Below are positions 41,136-54,346 of a stretch of 64,000 nt of DNA, piece after piece. The position numbers and the translations under genes are program-made. Every line of letters begins with the position of its first letter. The stretch's first letter is position 1. Under the pieces are notes generated by a model. The model made no database searches and was not told the origin of the DNA. It saw nothing but the letters and a program-made list of their open reading frames with translations. The stretch comes from Octopus vulgaris (Eukaryota): assembly GCA_951406725.2 (NCBI GenBank), contig OX597814.1, positions 310,001-374,000 on the forward strand. Reading direction: 5' to 3'.

Positions 41136-41619
41136 GGAGCTGCAGGTAAGTGGATAACATAGACTCCAGTACTCGACCAGCAGATATTTTATCGACCCCG
41201 AAAGGATGAAAGGCAAAGTCACATTCCTGGAATTTGAACTCAGAATGTAAAGACAGTGTTTGTTTAGTAATCTCTCTTGGAGAAAGAAACTGCTGAAGTA
41301 ACACTTGTGACTTTGCTTGCATCAAAGGATGTTGCAGACCAGTTCTTCTTTTTAGACAAATGCCTATGTTGTTTAATGATTGAAACTGGCCCTGTACAAG
41401 AGCTTTAGAAAACTTCAAACACGGGCATAACAATGATTTTTGACTTATGAATTATGTATTATGTACTACGACCAACTGTGGCTGTGACTGACAAAACATT
41501 CAATGAAGAATTCCATTGTATGAAGTGCAATGTTGTAGGGTCATAAAATGGAGGCACTGGATATGGAAGATGCATTGATGCTGGGAAGGAATGAAGCTAA
41601 GCTGCTCTGATGGATGAGT

Positions 41620-42025
41620 AATGTTTTACTTGTTTCAGTCATTTGACTGCGGCCATGCTGGAGCACCACCTTTAGTCGAGCAAATCGACCCCAGGACTTA
41701 ATCTTTGTAAGTCCAGTACTTATTCTATCAGTTTCTTTTGCCGAACCGCTAAGTGACAGGGACGTAAACACACCAGCATCGGTTGTCAAGCAATGCTAGG
41801 GGGACAAACAGAGACACACAAACATATACACACACACTTATATATATATATATACATATATACGACGGGCTTCTTTCAGTTTCCGTCTACCAAATCCACT
41901 CAGAAGGCATTGGTCGGCCCGGGGCTATAGCAGAAGACACTTGCCCAAGATGCCACACAGTGCGACTGAACCCGGAACCATGTGGTTGGTAAGCAAGCTA
42001 CTTACCACACAGCCACTCCTGCGCC
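41620..42025 (-). mobile_element. SINE-2 (tggctgtgtggtaag head, internal TA/TG microsatellite, (GTAAAA)n-like tail), complete copy
   Basis: B-box gggttcagtc; other copies or halves near 10150, 10640, 11850, 25930, 29470, 34200, 35262, 36680, 38775, 40285, 43555, 48345, 54100, 58065. Confidence 0.88.
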
Positions 42026-42769
42026 TATGTATGTGCACGATGTGCATGCACACACGCACATGCACACATGCACAGATATATTAAATATGTGTGTGTATGT
42101 ATGTGTGTGTATGTATGTATGTATATATGTACATAAAAAGCACCAACAGATCGTGGTTGTCGCCAGCCCCCTCTGGCCCCTGTGCCAGTGGCATGTAAAA
42201 AGCATCATTCAAGTGTGGTCGATGCCAGTACCGCCTGACTGGCCCTCATGCCAGTGGCATGTAAAAAGCATCCACTACACTCTCGGAGTGGTTGGCATTA
42301 GGAAGGGCATCCAGCCGTAGAAACTTTGCCAGATCAGATTGGAGCCTGGGGCAGTCTTCTGGCTTGCCAGTCCTCAGTCAAACCATCCAACCTGTGCCAG
42401 CATAGAAAGCAGACATTAAACAACGATGATGATATATATATATTAATTTTCAACAAGAATATTTTTGGAGTAAAGATTATTTGCCAACATAACATGGCAG
42501 TCCCAGTTTAGGATGAATGTTGCTGTAATTTAGCCCCAGGAGACATCGTCTCCAGCTGGCTATATGACACAATATGTTTCCTTATATTTTCGAACAAGGG
42601 AATCTAGAACCCCCCACTCAGCTCAAAACAATATCTGTGTATCGTGATTTCTGGGTTATTTCCCTTCATCAGCACAGAATAATTGTTCAGTTAGAGGTGG
42701 TGCTGCCAAATTCCCATTCAAATTATATAGTTTTCAAAGTGACAACTAGTCACTGATCTATAAATTAGA

Positions 42770-43130
42770 ATATTTTTGACAGGGACTTCGAAGTTTCCGT
42801 CTGTTAAGCCATCATTGGACTGCTATCAATTGAAGATAATCTTGGCTTTATATAGTCTCTGTTGAGTGAAAATCTTCCTTGGAAGTGCAGGTTGGAGTGG
42901 AGTAGTAATTAGGTTTTTAGAGTTTTTTGTAATGGAGAAATTTATATTTGTTAAATTTGGAGTTATATTATTTAGAATTTATTTATGCATGTAGGACATT
43001 GTAAGCAGGTGTGGAGTATTTAGGTGTGGAGTATTTAGGTGTGTCCCCTTTGGTAGGTAGGGAGGTGTAGAATGTGTCAGTAGATTTACTTAATTTGGGT
43101 TTTATTTGACTTCATCTCCTACCTAAAATT
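42770..43130 (-). mobile_element. Possible decayed Penelope-like fragment
   Basis: Degenerate core caatgatggcttaacagacggaaac on the minus strand near 42815-42790; strong strand compositional skew. Confidence 0.3.
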
Positions 43131-43174
43131 CCTACTTTATTTTCTTTCTCTGACATTAAGCCACACAAAGTCCA

Positions 43175-43212
<38 letters not shown>

Positions 43213-43996
43213 AACAGCCAAAGCCACACACGCTTACACACATGGGAAAAGTCCACAACCCCCCATCTCAAAAAAGCATTATTGTCCTTGAAAAATGGCG
43301 GCAAGCTGGCAGAAACATTAGCATGCCGGGCAAAATGTTTAGCAGTATTTCATCTGTCTTTACGTTCAGAGTTCAAATTCCACTGAGGTCAACTTCGCCT
43401 TTCATCCTTTTGGGTCGATAGATTAAGTACCAGTTGTGTACTGGGGTCAGTGTAATCAACTGGCTCCCTCCCCCAAAATTTCAGGCCTTGTGCCTAGAGT
43501 AGAATCAAATATTGTCCTTCAAAGTTGTTTTTTTTATATTTATTCTTTTATTCTTCTATTCTTTTACTTGTTTCAGTCATTTAACTGTGGCCATGCTGGA
43601 GCACAGCCTTTAGTTGAGTAAATCAACCCCAGGACTTATTCTATCGGTCTCTTTTGCTGAACCACTAAGTTACAGGGATGTAAACACACCAGCATCGTTT
43701 GTCAAGCGATGTTGGGGGACAGATACAGACACAGAAACATACACACACACACGCACACACATGTGTATATGACGGGCTTCTTTCAGTTTCTGTCTACCAA
43801 ATGCACTCACAAGGCTTTGGTCAGCCCGATGCTATAGTAGAAGACATTTGCCCAAGGTGCCACACAGTGGGACTGAACCCAGAGTCATGTGGTTAGTAAG
43901 CAAGCTACTTACCACACAGCCACTCCTGCACCTTTACTACAGATTACTTGAAGCTAACTTTCTCCCTACACCTCAATTTCTGAATCTTATATTTAT

Positions 43997-44138
<142 letters not shown>

Positions 44139-45349
44139 TGATAGATAGATATTGAAAGAGAGAAACAAGTTTTCTTCTTCGAATGGTTTATCTCTCTAAA
44201 TAAATAAAAAGATATTGTTCTACGTTATCAAGAAACTGTGTGTGTATGTGTGTGTGCAATTACAGTGTGTCTGTGCCATTATCTCCATCCTGTGTCACTG
44301 GTAAGCAGTTGTGTGGTTTGACATCTGGTCTGTCTCAATGATGAGATTAACCAGGAACATCTCAAACGTCTTCTTCTTCTTCTTCGGATGTTCTTCTTCT
44401 CTTCTGTTGCTTTTACTGTCAAACCACTTGCTTGCTTCTGCAGATTTGCATTAAAAGTTTTTGTTACCGGATTCATAATGGTCATGCGGTGGGTGGTGGT
44501 GGTGGTGGTGGTGGTGGTGGTGGTGGTGGTGGTGGTGGTGGTGGTGGTGGTGGTGGTGGTGGTGGTGGTGGTGGTGGTGGTGGTGGTAGAAGTGGTGGTG
44601 GTGGTGGTGGTGGTAGTGGTGGTGGTGGTAGAAGTGGTAGTGGTGGTGGTGATGGCAGCGGGGGGGGGGGGCTGATGCTGCCGCTGCTAGTGCTGATGAT
44701 CAGACCAAGATCAACCTCGATTCAGCAAAAACATATGTTCAGAGACACTCCAGCCGTGACTAAACTGTCTTTCATTCAAGCATAGCCCATCTAGGACTAC
44801 AACATCGAATGTGCCCTTCCCTTGTTGTCATTTTTAGGTTTACATCGTTCTAAGTCAAGCAGACCTTGCAGTATTTTATTCAGGCATAGTGTATCTTGGG
44901 ATACATTATCTCATGTGTTCTTTCTTCCTTGTTGTTGCCTATCTCCAGGCCAACTGTGAACCATCAGACCCTTGATCAAAGTCCCTCTAGTCATGACCGT
45001 CCAGGCTTATATTCGTACACAACATACCTTAAAAAAAAGAAAGATACAGTTTGAGGGAGATTTGGCTGCTCTTTCTTGCAAGGTTGAGTGACTGTGTACA
45101 GCCTCCCGCATTATTTGTTTATGTATGTGGGTATTGAGTGATTTATCTGTCTAGTCAGGTAATATCGAAGTCTCTGTCGAAGGAACCCTGATCACTGTAA
45201 ATAGGATTTGAACTCAGAACATAAAGAGTTGGAATAAATACTGCAAAAACATGTTTTTATGCCCTGATCGTTATACATCTGCAAAACCTGAATGTAGGAG
45301 TGAAAGAGTGGGCAAGAATAGGAAAACAACAGGATTTGGATGGGGAAAT

Positions 45350-46760
45350 ATGAAAGCCTGACATACAAATACTTAGGAATCAATGAACTACATCCAATAC
45401 AACATACATGAATGAAAGAGAAGATAAAAAAGAAATGCTATAGACAAGTTAGATTAATACAGAAAACAGTGCTAAATGTGAAAAACAAGATAATAGGTAT
45501 CAACACTTTAGCTGTCCCAGTTATAAGTTACAGCTACAATATTCTTCACTGGACACTAAATGAACTAACCAAAATAGATAGGAAAACAAGAAAAATAATG
45601 ACGGGATTTAGGATGCACCACCCAAAATCTGACATAGAAAGGTTATATATACAATGTATCAAAGGTAGTAAAGGCCTTATACAGCTAAAATACCTGCTTC
45701 AGAAGCAAGGAAAACTAATGGAAATAGCCACAAAATACAAACAAAACAAAAAACTGTTTTCGGTCTTTAAGGAAGGTGATAGATGCAAACAAGAAATCAT
45801 ACTAACTAACAAATATGAAGAAGAAACGACAAAAGCTATAAAACAAATGAAATCCAAACTAAAACTAGAACAGCGATGGACCTTGGTAAAACGATGGCAA
45901 GAAAAGCCCCTTCATGGTAAATACTGGACTAAACTAAACGCAAAAGAAATAGACAGAGAGAAATCCCAGCAATGGCTGAGAAGCTCAGGACTCAAAGCAG
46001 AGACTGAAGGATTTTTAATTGCAGCACAAGACCAAAGCCTCCCCACCAGAAATTACCAAAAACATGTAATGAAAAGAAACATAACAAGTAACTGCAGAAT
46101 ATGTGGAGATGGACAAGAAACAATAAATCATATTATCTCTAGCTGCCCAGTCCTGGCTAAGAAGGAATATATTCACAGACATGACAGAGTTGGAACTTAC
46201 ATACACTGGGAGCTATGTCAACACCATGGAATAACAACAGAAAAAAGATGGTATAGGCACACACCAGAAAAGGTCACAGAAAACGAGAATGCAACCATAC
46301 TCTGGGATATGCCGATACACACAGATAGAGAAATTAAGGCCAACAGACCAGATATAGTTGTCAGAGATCATGAAGAAATAAATGCTTTCTAATTGATGTA
46401 TCAATACCAGCAGATGACAACGTGTCTCTAAAAGAAATGGAGAAACTTTCAAAATACAAAGACCTGGAAATAGAGGTAACCGGAATGTGGAATCTAAAAA
46501 CAGAAACAATTCCTATCATAGCAGGTGTGTTAGGTATGATAAAAAAAATATTCAGACAAATACATAACAAAAACACCAGGACTTACAAACACCTATAACA
46601 TACAGAAAATTGCACTACTGGGCACTGCACACATTCTACATAAAACACGTTCAATACAGTAAAAATAAGAGCATCACAAAAAAACCACAGCACAAACCCA
46701 AGGCACACAGAGCTGTGCTCGGTAGTGAAGTGAAAGCACGTGATAAAAATAAATCTACTA

Positions 46761-46797
<37 letters not shown>
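45350..46797 (+). mobile_element. 5'-truncated R4/Dong-like RLE non-LTR retrotransposon (family A)
   Basis: YKYLG RT motif; ORF 45412-46392 with CCHC finger CRICGDGQETINHIISSC, RHD motif and RPDIV endonuclease motif; frameshift then IDVSIP..KYKDLE; 3' UTR and (TAA)n tail. Confidence 0.92.
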
Positions 46798-47347
46798 GAT
46801 AGAACTTTCAAAACTGCAAAATTTGCTCATAGGTTTGTTACATCAAACTAATCTGAGCCTAAACAACAACAACAACAACAACAACAATGACAAAGCTAAA
46901 ACTATTTAAGAAAGTCGTTAATTGTTAGCACAACCATTTGATATGGAATTCCCGACAAAATTAGCCATAGTAATTATGTTAATAACAGAGAGATAACACT
47001 GAAATAACACATCCTAGTAGCAGAGGAAGAATATTTCCTGAAACCAAAAAGCATTTAAGTATAAAGCAATTTATAAAATTATCAATGATGACACCATTAA
47101 TGGGACTCAGTAAATGTTATAAATAAAAAAAACATTGCAGTAATAACAAATGCAATCTCCTGCAAAAACATGTCTGGCCACGGGGAAATATCATCTTGCT
47201 TCAAAACTGCTGAGGGTTAATTCTGTCTGACCATGCCATGCAAACATCTATAGAAAAGTGGATGCTAGAAATAATAATGATGATGATCATAATGATGATG
47301 GTGATGGTGATGATGATGATGATGATGTTAGAATATTGGTACTCTAC

Positions 47348-47732
47348 TACAGTGCTCCGTCAGTTGCGATGACGAGGGGTTCCACTTGATCCAATCAACA
47401 GAACAGCCTGCTTGTGTAATTAATGTGCAAGTGGCTGAGCATTCCACAGACACGTGTACCCTAAACATAGTTCTCAGGGAGATTCAGTGTGACACAGAGT
47501 GTGACAAGGCTGGCCCCTTTGAAATGCAGGTACAATAGAAACAGGAAGAAAGAGTGAGGGAAAGTTGTGGTGAAAGAGTACAGCAGGGTTTGCCACCACC
47601 CACTTGTGGGACCACGTGGAGCTTTATGTGTTTTCGCTCAATAAACACTCACAGCGCCCAGTCTGGGAATTGAAACCACAACCCTACGACCACAAGTCTG
47701 CTGCCCTAACCACTGGGCCATTGCGCCTCCAC
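47348..47732 (-). mobile_element. Full-length tRNA-headed SINE with perfect 13-bp TSD
   Basis: A-box tggcccagtgg and B-box-like ggtttcaattccc; TSD attggtactctac at 47335-47347 and 47733-47745. Confidence 0.88.
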
Positions 47733-48774
47733 ATTGGTACTCTACATAAACAACTAAACTAAAATGTTACACAATGGTATGGTGTGTATAGGGGAAAATG
47801 CTACATTGTGTAAACAAGTGGAAAATTGTGTAAACAAGTGAAAAATATAACTCACGATAATCAGAAATTGCCAAAAATTAGACTGAACGCCTTTAGTTTT
47901 GGTCCTTCACTTAACAAGTTCAAGTACTGCTGTAGTGAAATATATAATTGGTACAGTGTGTTTAATGTGGCTGTGTGTATGTTATTACAAGGGTTTATAC
48001 AGAGATGAAAGAATAAAGACGAGATCTATACGTTTACTACATGAAAATATATTTAATTATATTTAATTGTCGCCTTCGTCTTGTGATATAATATTAAAGC
48101 TGTGAGCTGGCAGAAACGTTAACATGCTGGGTGAAATCGACTGCCCCCACTCCCCAAAAATTTCAGGCCTTGTGCCTAAAGTAGAAAAGAAAAGAATGTT
48201 CTGAGTTCAAATTCCACCAAGGTCGACTATGACTTTCATCCTTTCAGGGTCAATAAATTAAGTACCAGTGAAACACTGGGGTCATTGTAATCAACTGGTC
48301 CCCTCCCCACAAATTTCAAGCCTTGTGCCTCCAGTAGAAAGGATTATTACTCTTTTACTCTTTACTCTTTACTCTTTACTCTTTTACTTGTTTCAGTCAT
48401 TTGGCTGTGGCCGTGCTGGAGCACCGCCTTTAATCGAGCAAATCGACCCCAGGACTTATTCTTTGTAAGCCCAGTACTTATTCTATCGGTCTCTTTTTGC
48501 CGAACCGCTAGGTGACGAGGACGTAAACACAGCAGCATCAGTTGTCAAGCAATGCTAGGGGGACAAACACAAACACACAAACACACACACACATATATAT
48601 ATATATATACATATATACGACAGGCTTCTTTCAGTTTCCATCTACCAAATCCACTCACAAGGCATTGGTCGGCCCGGGGCTATAGCAGAAGACATTTGCC
48701 CAAGATGCCACACAGTGGGACTGAACCCGGAACCATGCGGTTGGTAAGCAAGCTACTTACCACACAGCCACTCC

Positions 48775-48834
<60 letters not shown>

Positions 48835-49499
48835 GACAATGAGCTGGCAGAATGGTTAGCAGGCTGGACGAAATGCTTGTTGGCATTTCCATTTGTCCTT
48901 ATATTTTAGGTTCAAATTCCACAGAGGTCAACTTTGTCTTTCATCCTTTCGGGGTCAATAAAATAGGTACCAGTTGAGCACTGGGGCCAAAGTAATTGAC
49001 TAACCTCCCCACCTAAAATTTCAGGCCTTCTTCCGATAAGAGAAAGGATAATTAAGTACTTTTTTTGCATCTACCTTCTACCAGCATCCTGAATTGCAAA
49101 TTGAATAGACCATGTGCTCAGAGTCTGAAGATTACTTGGAGACACAACCCTAACTCTAACCCTTATTAAAACCTGCATAGACCTGTGTCTCCAAAGCAAG
49201 AAGCTACCAGTGGCTCTTATTTCTATACTGAGTACACTAAATGAGATACACACACACATGTATATATATATATATATATATACACATATATGCTTATATA
49301 TATATATATATATATTTATACATGTGTGTATGTTTGTATGTATGCATTTATGTATGTATGTATGTGTATACACATATGCATATATATGTAGAGTGAGGTC
49401 AATTTATCAACTACGCCCCTCCGTAACAAAATCTACTTTTAAGTTTGTTTAGTAAAATTAATCAATGCAATTAACATTTATTATTTGATCAGAACTGAC

Positions 49500-49559
49500 C
49501 TAAGTCTCTGTAACCGTAGCAACAAGAAGCAATAATGGTAAAAAAAAAAATCCATAAAT
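49500..49559 (-). other. Candidate 60-nt phase-1/phase-1 exon with signal-peptide-like translation
   Basis: cccag|...TTAG|gtcagt after a long AG-free pyrimidine-rich stretch. Encodes xLWIFFFTIIASCCYGYRDL. No partner exons found. Confidence 0.25.
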
Positions 49560-49640
49560 CTGGGCCATTTATGATCAGTCAATGAAAGACAGGAATTGAA
49601 CATGTAAAATGCAAAATGTGAATTTAAAGGAAGAATATCC

Positions 49641-49842
49641 TTGTCCTCATCATCATCAGCATCATCCTCATTAACGACGTCATTGTCATCATCCTCATCA
49701 TCATCATTATCATCATCCTCATCACCATCATCATCATCATCATCCTCATCATCATCATTATCATCATCACCACCACCACCATCATCATCATTATCATCAT
49801 CCTCATCATCATCATTATCATCATCCTCATCATCATCATCAT

Positions 49843-49874
<32 letters not shown>

Positions 49875-49983
49875 TCATCATCACCACCACCACCATCATC
49901 ATTATCATCATCCTCATCATCATCATCATCACCACCATCACCATCATCATCATCATCATCCTCATCATCATCATTATCATCAT

Positions 49984-50015
<32 letters not shown>

Positions 50016-50058
50016 TCTTCATCATCATCATTATCATCATCCTCATCATCATCATCAT

Positions 50059-50105
<47 letters not shown>

Positions 50106-50157
50106 CCACCACCACCATCATCATTATCATCATCCTCATCATCATCATCATCACCAC

Positions 50158-50213
<56 letters not shown>

Positions 50214-50268
50214 CCACCACCACCATCATCATCATTATCATCATCCTCATCATCATCATCATCACCAC

Positions 50269-50304
<36 letters not shown>

Positions 50305-50305
50305 T
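49641..50305. repeat. (CAT)n/(CAC)n compound array with recurring sub-blocks
   Basis: Recurring cat-cct-(cat)n-(cac)n modules. Confidence 0.95.
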
Positions 50306-51013
50306 GTCTTAAGATTCATTTTTCCCTGCTTGCATATTTACTGAGGCAGATTTTTACGGCTGGGTGCCCTCCCTGTTGTGAACCCCTGTTTGATTCCAAG
50401 CAAAGTAATATTTCCCCATCACAAGACATATTGCAAAAGTAACGACACTGCTTCTATGACACTGATGCTCATTTACTATTCGTCTGCAAATCCGCAAAAG
50501 TCAACTTTGCCTTTCATTCTTTCGGGGTCAATTAAATAAGTACCAGTTTTGCACTGGGGTTGATATAATCAACTTAATCCCTTTGTACCCCCTTTGTACC
50601 CCCTGTGTTTAGCCCCTGTGAGCAATGGGTGGCGAACTGGCAGAATCGTTAGCACACTGGGCAAAACGCTTAGCAGTATCATCTACTGTTACATTCTGTG
50701 TTCAAAATCCACCGAGGTTGACTTTGCCTTTCATCCTTTCGGGGTCGATTTATAAGTACCAGTTATGCACTGGGGTTGATGTAATCGGCTTAATACCTTT
50801 GTCTGTCCTTGTTTCTCCCCTCTATGTTTAACCCTCTGTGGGTAGTAAAGAAATAAATATTTTATCTATCAGATGGAGGGTGAACGAAAAAGTAGGTTTC
50901 CTTTTTTTGTTTGAGGTTAATTACATTGATTAATTAAATAAACAAACACAAGAGTAATTGCTGGTGGGAAGCCTACATGTCTTGTGTGTGTGTGTGTGTG
51001 TGTCTGTGTGTGT

Positions 51014-51051
<38 letters not shown>

Positions 51052-51324
51052 GCAGAATTTATAAATTATGGTTAATTGTTTGTGCCATGCAACACTTTGA
51101 TATATGTTATATGTTATATTGTGTGTGTGTGTGTGCATGTGTGTGTGTGTGTGTGTGTGTGTGCATGTGTGTGAGTGTGTATATATAGAGAGAGATAGAC
51201 AGGAATGATCTACCATATATGGTGATGTGCATATAGAGACAGATAGACAGACAGAAAGAATTTTAAAATTATGGTTAATTGATTGTGGCATGCAACATTT
51301 TGATAGGTCTTCTCATTAAAATAT

Positions 51325-51371
<47 letters not shown>

Positions 51372-51876
51372 TCATCATCATCATCATCATCATCATTTAA
51401 CATGTTTTCCATGGTCTGACAGGAGCTGGTAAGGCCAGGAGACGCACCAAGTAACACCACTGGCTTTGGCAGCGTTTCTGTCACTGGACCCTTCCTGATG
51501 CCAACCACTTTACAGAGTGTACTGGGTGCTTCTTTTTTCTTTTTGTGGCACAAGTGTCAGTGGAGCTACCAAGTAACTTGGCAAGACAGAGGCCCTCTTG
51601 GCTGAGATCTGGCATGGCTTTGTGCCAGGTGAGAGGTTGAAATATGATGGGGGATAGAGATAGATGTCTTACTATGGAGGAGCTACCTGGCTACCCCAGC
51701 AGGAAAGGAAAAGAGGAGAGAGAGAGAGAGAGAGATAATGAATGAGTGAGAGAGAGAGAAATAAATGGTGTTGGAGATGCAATGGGGTACACTCAGGGAT
51801 CATAGTGCAAGGAATATAGGTAGTACAGAGGAGATAGAGGATGATGTTTCATAAGTGTGTGAGGGGAAGGCAGGGG

Positions 51877-52532
51877 AAGCTGGCAGAATCGTTAGCACAC
51901 CAGGTGAAATGCTTAGCAGTATTTCGTCTGTCTTTACGTTCTGAGTTCAAATTTCACCAAGGTTGACTTTGTCTTTCATCCTTTCGGAGTCGATAAACTA
52001 AGTACCAGTTATGTACTGGGGTCGATGTAATTGACTTAATCCGTTTGTCTGTCCTTGTTTGTCCCCTCTTTGTTCAGCCCCTTGTGGGTAGTAAAGAAAT
52101 AGGTATTTCGTCTGTAATTATGTTCTGAGTTCAAATTCTACTGTGGTCGACTTTGCCTTTCATCCTTTCAGGGCCAATAAATTAAGTACCAGTTGCATAC
52201 TGAGGTTGATCTAATCAACTGGCCCCCTCCCTCAAAACTTCAGGCTTTGTGCCTAGAGTAGAAAAAAGGAAATAAGTGTGTGAGAGACGATGTTTAGAGA
52301 TGAGGAAGAGGTGACTGTAGCAAATGATGGCGAGAGACGTTGTTTAGCAATATTTCGTCTGCTGTTACGTTCTGAGTTCAAATTCCGCTGAGGCCGACTT
52401 TGCCTTTCATCCTTCCGGGGTCGATACATAAAGTACCAGTTACACACTGGGGTCGATGTAATCGACTTAATCCGTTTGTCTGTCCTTGTTTGTTCCCTTT
52501 GTGTTTAGCCCCTTGTGGGCAATAAAGAAATA
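51877..52532 (+). mobile_element. SINE-1 tandem trimer
   Basis: Three bodies; the second starts at internal ggtatttcgtctg. Confidence 0.85.
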
Positions 52533-52562
52533 AGATTGTGTGTGTGTGTGTGTGTGTGTGTG

Positions 52563-53410
52563 TACAAGGTGTTCAGGCTAAGTTTTACGAGCCTTTGTGC
52601 CTCCTTTTGCAGGAACAAGTCAATGTATTGTTGAACTGTCAATGGCGCTGGAGAGCATGAAGATTAAAGATTAAAGATTAAAACAAGTTAGCTGACATGG
52701 AAGATTGGAGACCATCTGAATAGCGAATACTGGAAAAGAGTTGCCTGTATCGTGATGTTTCATGCCTGGAAACAAAATGCCAACATAATGACGACTGTTC
52801 AATGCTTTGTGGACACAGTAAAGGCTGTAAACATGGGTGGAGGCACATGGCCTAGTGGTTAGAGCAGCTGACTCGGGTTCGAATCTCAGACCAGTGATGT
52901 GTGTGTTTATGAGCTCCATGCGGCTCCGGCAGAAGGTAATGGTGAACTTCTGCTGACTCTTTCGCCACAACTTTCTCTCACTCTTTCCTGCTGCATCTTG
53001 CAGCTCACCTGGGACGGACCAGCATCCTGTCCAGGTGGGGAATCTAAACACCAAGCAAAATGGGAAACCGACCCTTATGAGCCAGGGATGGCTCGAGAAG
53101 GAACAAACGGTAAACATGGACAGCTGCAACAGAGACAACTACAAAGCCATGGTCAGCAGCAGGAAGGGACACAGCAGGCGCTCTGACTGCGACCTCATGC
53201 TGGAATTCGTCCTCATGCTTTTGAACAGGGCCTTGGGCTCAATTCAGACAAGTATGTGAACCTGCTGGGGATTGTGGTGAGATTCTATCTGGAGATGGTT
53301 GCTGCTGGAAGGCCAAATGTATGGCAGCAGAATTCAGCTTATTGCTTGAGCGAAAGAAAAGTCTTTTAGAGTTCTCTGAAGTGGTTTCTTGCTTGAAGGA
53401 GTCCGGGAGT
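52563..53410 (+). mobile_element. Decayed Tc1/mariner DNA transposon interrupted by a SINE
   Basis: TA + caaggtgttcaggctaag end; N-terminal EYWKRVACIVM...; catalytic-region remnant NSDKYVNLLGIVV...VAAGRPNVWQQNSA. Confidence 0.7.
52837..53109 (+). mobile_element. tRNA-headed SINE with perfect 10-bp target-site duplication
   Basis: Head gtggaggcacatggcctagtggttagagc; TSD gtaaacatgg at 52827-52836 and 53110-53119. Confidence 0.85.
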
Positions 53411-53835
53411 CAGAATAAAATGTAAAGAGGAACTCAGAGGGATTTGAACTTGGAACATAAAGTGTCAGAATAAAAACCACAACGCTAACAGTTCTACCAA
53501 CCCATTAACCAAATTTCTAATGATGCTTGAATTATGAATCGGTCTTGTAATTAGAGCCAGTGTTTTTAAGCACTGACCACACTGTAATTTCTGTGATATT
53601 TGCAGAGATTTGTTGGAATTCTTTCAGGAGAGAAAACATCAAATCATTCCAACTTACAAAAAGGACAAAAGTCGAAAGATGTTTTGGTGGAACATCTAAA
53701 TACTTTTAATACAAGAAACTCACAAAACAAGCAGAATTTTTCTCATCAATTCACAGACACTCTTCATATTATTGCTTAAGGAACTATTAATGTCGAAGCA
53801 AGAATCATATTGGTACTGAGAAGCTTTCTAACAAC

Positions 53836-53996
53836 TCAAACAGCAGCGAAAACACGGTTTTTTTCTAAAGAATTTCTCACTTTATCAAGATTCTCATTGA
53901 AAGAGGAATTAAAGTTATTGAATGCAATTTTAATGTCCTCAGAGCCACAGTAAATATATTGATTGCTGAATCTGTTAAAAATGTCTTTTAGTGAAG
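53836..53996 (-). CDS. Probable terminal coding exon of another, unidentified gene
   Basis: Acceptor aaatcttttcag|, phase 1, 53 codons including the stop: xSLKDIFNRFSNQYIYCGSEDIKIAFNNFNSSFNENLDKVRNSLEKNRVFAAV*. ATTAAA at 53710-53705. Upstream exons not identified in the window. Confidence 0.5.
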
Positions 53997-54261
53997 CTGA
54001 AAAGATTTCTCTTTAGTTAATATCCGCAGAGTAGTTTGATGTCTTCGAGTAATAATTGGCTCTTGTGAACCAAATTAATTTTGCTATCATTGATATGCAT
54101 GGCGGTGTGGGAAGAAGACTGCTTCACAATCAAGTGGTCTTGGGTTCAGTTCCACTGTCTTGCACCTTGGATAAGTGTCTTGTACTCAAGCTTCGGGCCA
54201 ACTAAGCCTTGTGAGTGGATTTCATATATGGAAACTGGAAAAAAAAACATTGTATGTATGT

Positions 54262-54346
<85 letters not shown>

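Noticed and set aside
44279-44485. Short frames with basic runs (RRRRRRR, PKKKKK)
   Set aside because: Basic runs come from a (GAA)n microsatellite; no supporting exons.
47847-47935. Minus-strand donor TC|gtgagt with upstream acceptor
   Set aside because: Stops in all three frames of the candidate exon; could only be non-coding.
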